Assembly (NCBI GenBank): GCA_964016885.1
Contig: OZ024758.1
Span: forward strand, 4,650,001 to 4,714,000
DNA from: Eledone cirrhosa
Taxonomy: Eukaryota
Length of the DNA stretch: 64,000 nt
Direction of reading: 5' to 3'
The position numbers were made by a program, and so were the translations under genes. The stretch's first letter is position 1, and each line of letters starts with the position of its first letter. Shown here in pieces: positions 52,830 through 64,000 of this stretch. The notes beneath the pieces were generated by a model. That model searched no databases. It was given only the letters and a program-made list of their open reading frames with translations, and was not told the origin of the DNA.

Positions 52830-53008
52830 ATAGGAACGAGTAGGACCCCGACGGCAAGCTCAAGCCGACTAGTCCAGAATTAGCCGTCGAAACGACTTGA
52901 GCTCAGCCGTCGGGGTCCTACTGGTTCCTATTACCCACTCTACTACCCTAAGTATTGAGTACTTTGGTGCGTTATGGTCCACCTGGTTCCTTACCACATT
53001 TCCTTCGT
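52830..53008. mobile_element. Family B fold-back element
   Basis: Short minus arm 52830-52868, long plus arm 52871-53008; TA on both sides, then (GA)n. Confidence 0.8.
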
Positions 53009-53139
<131 letters not shown>

Positions 53140-53829
53140 GGTGCTCTGAAATAGCGATGTATACATGAATGTATGTATAGTATATTTGGCAATATACCGT
53201 ATGTTTAATTAAAAACATTTTGAAGACCATACGCTATCGGTTTTAAAGTAGTGACTATGTCGCTTACTTCTTTTCTGCGAAAGAAGGGAGAGAAGCTAAC
53301 AGTCTGTTTCACGCTGTTGGTGATCATCAAAGCCACGCACTCCCCGCTTTCGCCGAAAATTATAGAAGCTGGATAACGTACTTCACGGACAGACCCGGTT
53401 ACCTTCAGTTCCTCAGATCAATCTGTAGATCAGGAACTATATACAGAAGATTGTGATGTTAATGATGATGATGACTACAATTCTGCTATTATTGCTGATA
53501 GTATTGATGATAATGATGCTAAAGAAGGAATCAAAGGGGTTGAAGCAGATATAGGAGTATGTGGGGAGAGCGGTGAATCAGAAGGGGAAATGTGAGAAGA
53601 TGGAGGAAGGGGAGTAGGGTGGTGGTTTCTAATGGGAGACATTGATTATAATTATTAAACAGTAGTGTAAATAGTACTACTAGAAAACGATATAAACGAA
53701 ACAGCAACAATAACCACAACAATAACAACAACAATAAAAACAACAGCAGAAGCAATAGAATCAACATCGAAAACAACAACAGTAACAACAACAACAACAA
53801 TAAGTACATGAACAACAATTACAGTATAT

Positions 53830-54412
53830 GTTGGTGTTGGTCTGTTGTGTTGTGTGGTTGTTGGTCTGTTGTGTTGTGTGGTTGTTGGTCTGATTGTGTT
53901 GTGTGGTTGTTGGTCAGTTGTGTTGTGTGGTTGTTGGTCAGTTGTGTTGTGTGGTTGTTGGTCTGTTGTGTTGTGTGGTTGTTGGTCTGTTGTGTTGTGT
54001 GGTTGTTGGTCTGTTTGTGTTGTGTGGTTGTTGGTCTGTTGTGTTGTGTGGTTGTTGGTCTGTTGTGTTGTGTGGTTGTTGGTCTGTTGTGTTGTGTGGT
54101 TGTTGGTCTGTTGTGTTGTGTGGTGTTGTGTTGTGTGGTTGTTGGTCTGTTGTGTTGTGTGGTTGTTGGTCTGTTGTGTTGTGTGGTTGTTGGTCTGTTG
54201 TGTTGTGTGGTTGTTGGTCAGTTGTGTTGTGTGGTTGTTGGTCAGTTGTGTTGTGTGGTTGTTGGTCAGTTGTGTTGTGTGTTTGTTGGTCAGTTGTGTT
54301 GTGTGTTTGTTGGTCAGTTGTGTTGTGTGTTTGTTGGTCAGTTGTGTTGTGTGGTTGTTAGTCAGTTGTGTTGTGTGGTTGTTGGTATGTTGTGTTGTGT
54401 GTTTGTTGGTCA
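53830..54412. repeat. 24-bp G/T-rich minisatellite (gttggtctgttgtgttgtgtggtt)
   Basis: Direct reading; explains the TTQQTNNH-type ORFs. Confidence 0.95.
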
Positions 54413-55002
54413 GCCATGACTCAGACAAGATTCAATTGACGAGAGACAGAAGACAGTCTTTTACTGAATAAATATCAATAAAAACACATCAATTTGTCAG
54501 TTGCAATGTTTAGGAAATAGAATAGATTATTCCTGAATAGACAGAAAGACAGACACGCATACACACATGCATATAGACACACACACATAAAATTACACAT
54601 GCACGCACGCGCACAGATATATATAAGTGAAAACACACACACACATATATATATATGCATTTATATGTATTCATTTATATATATATATCCCCCACTCTCA
54701 AGCGTGAAACTAATATTAACATTTGTACTGCCTCTTCGCTTCCACGTTGTTTTTTTACTTTTTGTTTACTGTCTCAACTATAATATATATATACACACAG
54801 TTACATACATATATATATTTATTATGCGCTATATATTTAAACATAAACCGATCCAATGACAGGAACACACGTCGTATCGAGTTTCAGTCTTACACATGCC
54901 ATTCTTAACATGTGTAATATTTCGTCTTTTAGAGGTTTTCTCTTATCATTCAATTTTCATAAATATACAAGAAATGACTTTGACCGATCTATGGGTCCCT
55001 TC

Positions 55003-55195
55003 TACTACAGCAATGGCTGCGATCTATCGGGCTCTTCTCCCACAGCAATGGCTGCCATCTATCGGGCTCTTCTCCCACAGCAATGGCTGCCATTTATCGG
55101 GCTCTTCTCCCACAGCAATGGCTGCCATCTATCGGGCTCTTCTCCCACAGCAATGGCTGCCATCTATCGGTCTATTCTACTACAGCAATGGCTGC
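55003..55195. repeat. 35-bp tandem repeat x~5.5
   Basis: Unit cagcaatggctgccatctatcgggctcttctccca. Confidence 0.95.
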
Positions 55196-55267
55196 GAAGC
55201 TCGAATCTAGCATTGAATGTGGCTTTCAGGCCAGAGGAGAAATAACTACATTTCATACAATTTAGTT

Positions 55268-55515
55268 GTCTTCTTCTTTGCCTTCTTCTTCCTGCGGGTC
55301 CTGTTAGAAGCAATCGTCTCCAAATGATCCGGCTGGATTCCCAAGTATGACCAGCCAAGCTCATGGATATTATCCAACCATCTTGCTCGGGGTCCGCCTC
55401 TGGGTCCCTTGGCTGTTGGTTTTCGTTTTGCCCGTAAAAAAAACTATCCAGCGATTCTTTCCTGAGACAATCTAACTCCATGACCATAGTATCGGAGCTG
55501 TGATCTCTTAATTCG
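55268..55515 (-). mobile_element. RTE LINE 3' end (same family as 43882-44330)
   Basis: Shared gatccggctgga, ccagccaagctc, tatccaaccatcttg.tcggggtc, ccatagtatc..agctgtgatctct; (GAA) tail. Confidence 0.85.
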
Positions 55516-55799
55516 GACTAGACAAATTCAGAGGCAGATTTAATTGATAATTCCCATTTCTCAAAATGTGTGGCTTCGTGGCCAATGTCAGAAGTTATAG
55601 TTTAATCAAACTCTGGGAAGATAGTTGAGCAGTATCTAATAAAAACAAAGCTGAAAATAACAGAGCATTGCTCATATATCTAAGTCTGATATTTATTCAA
55701 TATCTTTAAAGTTTTATTTGACCAGCGTCTAATGATTGCACTCCAAGGTAATAAAGTTAGTGAAACCAAAATGGTGTCATGGGCAGAAATAAAACCCTT

Positions 55800-56270
55800 A
55801 AAGCAACGGGGATGAGACAAAACTTAACAACAAACACAAGCGCAGAAAACTCATGTAAACAACAAGAAAAACTATGAAAATATTTAGAACTAAAATCACA
55901 AAGATAAAACTAGAAAACGAGAGAGAGAGAACAACATCAAAACATAAATTAAATTGCAAGACAGAATGAATACTTACCCAGGAATACTTTCAGAATATTG
56001 GCCCATAAAAACGGAATCAGATCGACACCAAAGTAAATATGAACATAAGGGAGCTTGAGAAATATTTAAGAATATAATGGTCTGAAGCTGAAAGTTATAA
56101 ACACGACAATAAACTAAAGATAGAAATAGAGAATTAAAATCAAAGGAATATTTCCTTAATAAAGCTTATTCCAAATACAAAACATAACCATAAAATGCTA
56201 ACAACAATGGAAAGCACTAAACTGTCTGAGCAGTGCAGACATAATCAAAATATATGAGATCGTCAATAAT
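55800..56270 (+). mobile_element. Possible very old non-LTR (R4/NeSL-like) remnant
   Basis: A-rich plus strand with weak translated resemblance near 56060-56100; not convincing without alignment. Confidence 0.2.
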
Positions 56271-56285
56271 TTAAGGATATATAAA

Positions 56286-56392
56286 ACAGCTCCGATACTA
56301 TGGGCATGTGGTCAGAATGTCTCAGAGATGAATCACTGGGCAAAACCAACCAGCAGGAGATCCAGTTAGACCCCGAGCAAGATGGTGGGATG
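56286..56392 (+). mobile_element. RTE 3' fragment (same family)
   Basis: cagctccgatactatgggcatgtggtcagaatgtctcag = QLRYYGHVVRMSQ. Confidence 0.8.
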
Positions 56393-56419
56393 CATTCAAT
56401 ATGAACATTTCAAAAGCTA

Positions 56420-56541
56420 GCTCCGAACTAGCTGTTGAAATGGCAAGAGCTCAGCCGTCGGGGTACCGACTCTTTCATATTAACACGCTCAAGTATCGAG
56501 TATTCTGGTGAGTAATTGCCTAACAGATTTTTACTGCATCC

Positions 56542-56600
<59 letters not shown>

Positions 56601-56728
56601 CTAATCAGGACCCCGACGGCTGAACTCCGGCCGTCTCGACAGCTAGATCCTGCCCACTCTGCTACCCCAAGTGTCGAGTACTCTGCTACGTTATGGTCCA
56701 CCTGGTATCTTCCCACACTCTCTTTGTT
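56420..56728. mobile_element. Two family B-related elements separated by (TA)n
   Basis: Plus copy 56420-56543; fold-back copy with minus arm 56596-56650 and plus arm 56651-56728. Confidence 0.7.
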
Positions 56729-57226
56729 ATATATATATATATATATATATATTTCTATATAATTTAATGTATGTGAATCTTGCGATCAGGCATGAATCAT
56801 TTTGATCGTGAAACGCTTTAAGCTTTGCCGCAAGTCATACGCTTGCGTGTGTGTAACCGCATGTGCATAGAGAGAAGGGTGGCAGGGTGCTGTAGAGAAC
56901 TAATCCCTCTACGGTTAAGCAAGTGCATAATGCTATATTGTGAGAGAAAAATATAACTATTTGTTTATGACATTGAGGTGATTGGGGCGCCTGCTTTGTT
57001 TCGGTGAGTGCGCTTAAGTGCTGTAACACAGAAATGGCCATAAATATGTTTTCTAAAGAAATGCATTCAATATGAAGAATTCGATTTAAATTTCATTATT
57101 CAATCCATACAAACAAATGTAGTTATTCTATTTCATCACATCCAATACCAACAACACTCTCAATTCCTCATCTCTCTCTCTCGCCCCCTCTCTGTCTCTC
57201 TCGCCCGTCTCTCTCATATTTTATAT

Positions 57227-57264
<38 letters not shown>

Positions 57265-57267
<3 letters not shown>

Positions 57268-57465
57268 AGGAAATGTGGTAAGGAACCAGGTGGACCATAA
57301 CACACCAAAGTACTCAATACTTAGGGTAGTAGAGTGGGTAATAGGAACAAGTAAGACCCCGACGGCTGAGCTCAAGCCGTCGAAACGGCTAATTCTGGAC
57401 AGAATTGAGTCCAGAATTAACCGTCGAAACGGCTTGAGCTCAGCCGTCGGGGTCTTACTTGTTCT

Positions 57466-57467
<2 letters not shown>
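57265..57467. mobile_element. Family B fold-back element in (TA)n
   Basis: Long minus arm 57265-57400, short plus arm 57409-57467; both arms share the variant acaagtaaga. Confidence 0.8.
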
Positions 57468-57535
<68 letters not shown>

Positions 57536-57536
<1 letters not shown>

Positions 57537-57720
57537 GGATTGGCAGTATCGGTAGAGGGTCGGACACTATGCTTTCCAGCATAGAATTACGGCCCTTGCT
57601 ATTCTGAGTTTAAATCCCGCCAAGAGTAACTTTGCCTTTCATCCTTACGGGGTCGATAAAATAAAGTACCAGTAATGTACGGGTAATTGCTGGCTTTGTG
57701 CCAAAATTAGAAACAATTAT
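57536..57720 (+). mobile_element. Main SINE (short variant)
   Basis: tggattggcagtatcgg...agaaacaattat. Confidence 0.9.
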
Positions 57721-57769
57721 ATATATATATATATGTGTGTGCGTGCGTGCGTGCGTGCGTGCGTGTGTA

Positions 57770-57850
57770 CCCCAGATTCAATCAGGGTAACCACATTACG
57801 TATGGTACTCAATCCATAGCACAGTATAAACATTTAATATAGAAATGGCC
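57770..57850 (-). mobile_element. Family C arm ending near the predicted cleavage site
   Basis: Aligns with 58112-58190. Confidence 0.7.
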
Positions 57851-58104
57851 CCGTCGCGGCCATGAATCTTTTTAAATTTCATATATATATATATTGGGTA
57901 TGAATCGAAGTTGTAGCCGCATTATAGCAGGTATTACGAGAATTGTTTGAGGGCTATTACGTAACAATATGCAGCGAGAAGGTAATACATTATCGGCCAG
58001 AGCAAACACAGAAGTTAATAAAATGTTACACCATATATATAGATATATATACATATATAATATATATTAGTTTATCCCGGGTTCAATAGAGAGAGAGAGA
58101 GAGA

Positions 58105-58215
58105 TGTTTATCCCGGGTTCAATCAGGGTAACCACAGTAAGTAAGGTACTCAATACATAGCAGAGTATAAATATCTAATATAGAAATGGCTTCCTGATGA
58201 TTTCTCCCGAGTGAA
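58105..58215. mobile_element. Family C element: minus arm starting at the cleavage site fused to a plus-strand hammerhead 5' half
   Basis: Minus arm 58105-58193 starts gaagc; continues gcttc-CTGATGA-tttctcccgagt-GAA into (TA)n. Confidence 0.75.
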
Positions 58216-61829
<3,614 letters not shown>

Positions 61830-61830
<1 letters not shown>

Positions 61831-62159
61831 AACTTTGAATAACTTTGAAATGTTTTGGCAAGTATTGGCCCAGGCCATGTCTAACTTAATAGCACCACCT
61901 GGCGAAGTCTTTCAATTCAGGATTTGGGCACCATGGCCCATTCGAGAAGAGAATTACTGTTTGCGGAGACATATCCGGGTGTGGGTGGTTTGTCCGGGAT
62001 TACTTGGAGGAATTTGTCCAAAGACTTCTTGAATTTTGTGTGGTCAGTTTCTGTTTTGACGTGTCCTGGTGTGATGTTGAAGAGAGCAGGGCCGATTGAG
62101 GTGAAATAATTGTGCCCGTATTGTTGTTATGAGTTGCGATTTAGATTTTTGAATGGGAT

Positions 62160-62160
<1 letters not shown>
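61830..62160 (-). mobile_element. CR1/L2-group LINE 3' end embedded in the TA array
   Basis: Minus strand: [63 protein letters not shown] (pattern GPxLFNxLP...FKxxLDxFL); tail (TTCAAAGTTA)x2. Confidence 0.85.
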
Positions 62161-63836
<1,676 letters not shown>

Positions 63837-63995
63837 AGCGGCGATGAATTAGTTTTGCGAGGTTTTTTATATGAAATCGTGTGTCGAAACAGATATTGTT
63901 ATATTTGGGGAGGGTCATATTTGCGTAATATTGCCAGAATTAATAACAGAACACACTCACTGTTTGGTTGGTTTTCGCTTCTCGCTGTCTTTTAT
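63837..63995 (+). mobile_element. Family E element, TA-flanked, uninterrupted
   Basis: Homolog of 15632-15870; contains cgaaaca-gatat-tgtt (stem III-like). Confidence 0.6.
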
Positions 63996-64000
63996 ATATA

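Noticed and set aside
53377-53595. ~72-codon acidic open frame (RTDPVTFSSSDQSVDQELYTEDCD...)
   Set aside because: No start codon, largely GAT-repeat derived, no recognisable domain.
53655-54471. Repetitive TTQQTNNH / cysteine-valine proteins
   Set aside because: 24-bp minisatellite open in several frames on both strands.

Overview
AT-rich, repeat-saturated eukaryotic DNA, either intergenic or a large intron. I could not support any intact cellular gene; nearly all long ORFs in the track are translations of (TA)n/(CA)n/(TG)n microsatellites. The SINE families, RTE/CR1 remnants and microsatellite load suggest an octopod cephalopod genome (inference). Contents: about 20 copies of a tRNA-derived SINE, a few CORE-type and RTE-tailed SINEs, 3' ends of RTE and CR1-type LINEs (one encoding tandem C2H2 zinc fingers), a mariner transposase relic, piggyBac/hAT/Tc1 MITEs and many minisatellites. 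The most notable signal is a set of at least 5-8 unrelated, short (~100-350 bp) non-coding families. Most sit in or next to (TA)n tracts, many are asymmetric head-to-head fold-backs, and they carry a minimal type I hammerhead ribozyme or a decayed version of one at the fold-back point. One copy (29698-29746) has an intact CUGAUGA/GAAA/GUA core, and another (58105-58215) begins exactly at the predicted cleavage site. This fits (TA)n-targeted, non-autonomous Penelope-like/retrozyme-like elements. All alignments and folds were done by eye and coordinates are approximate.
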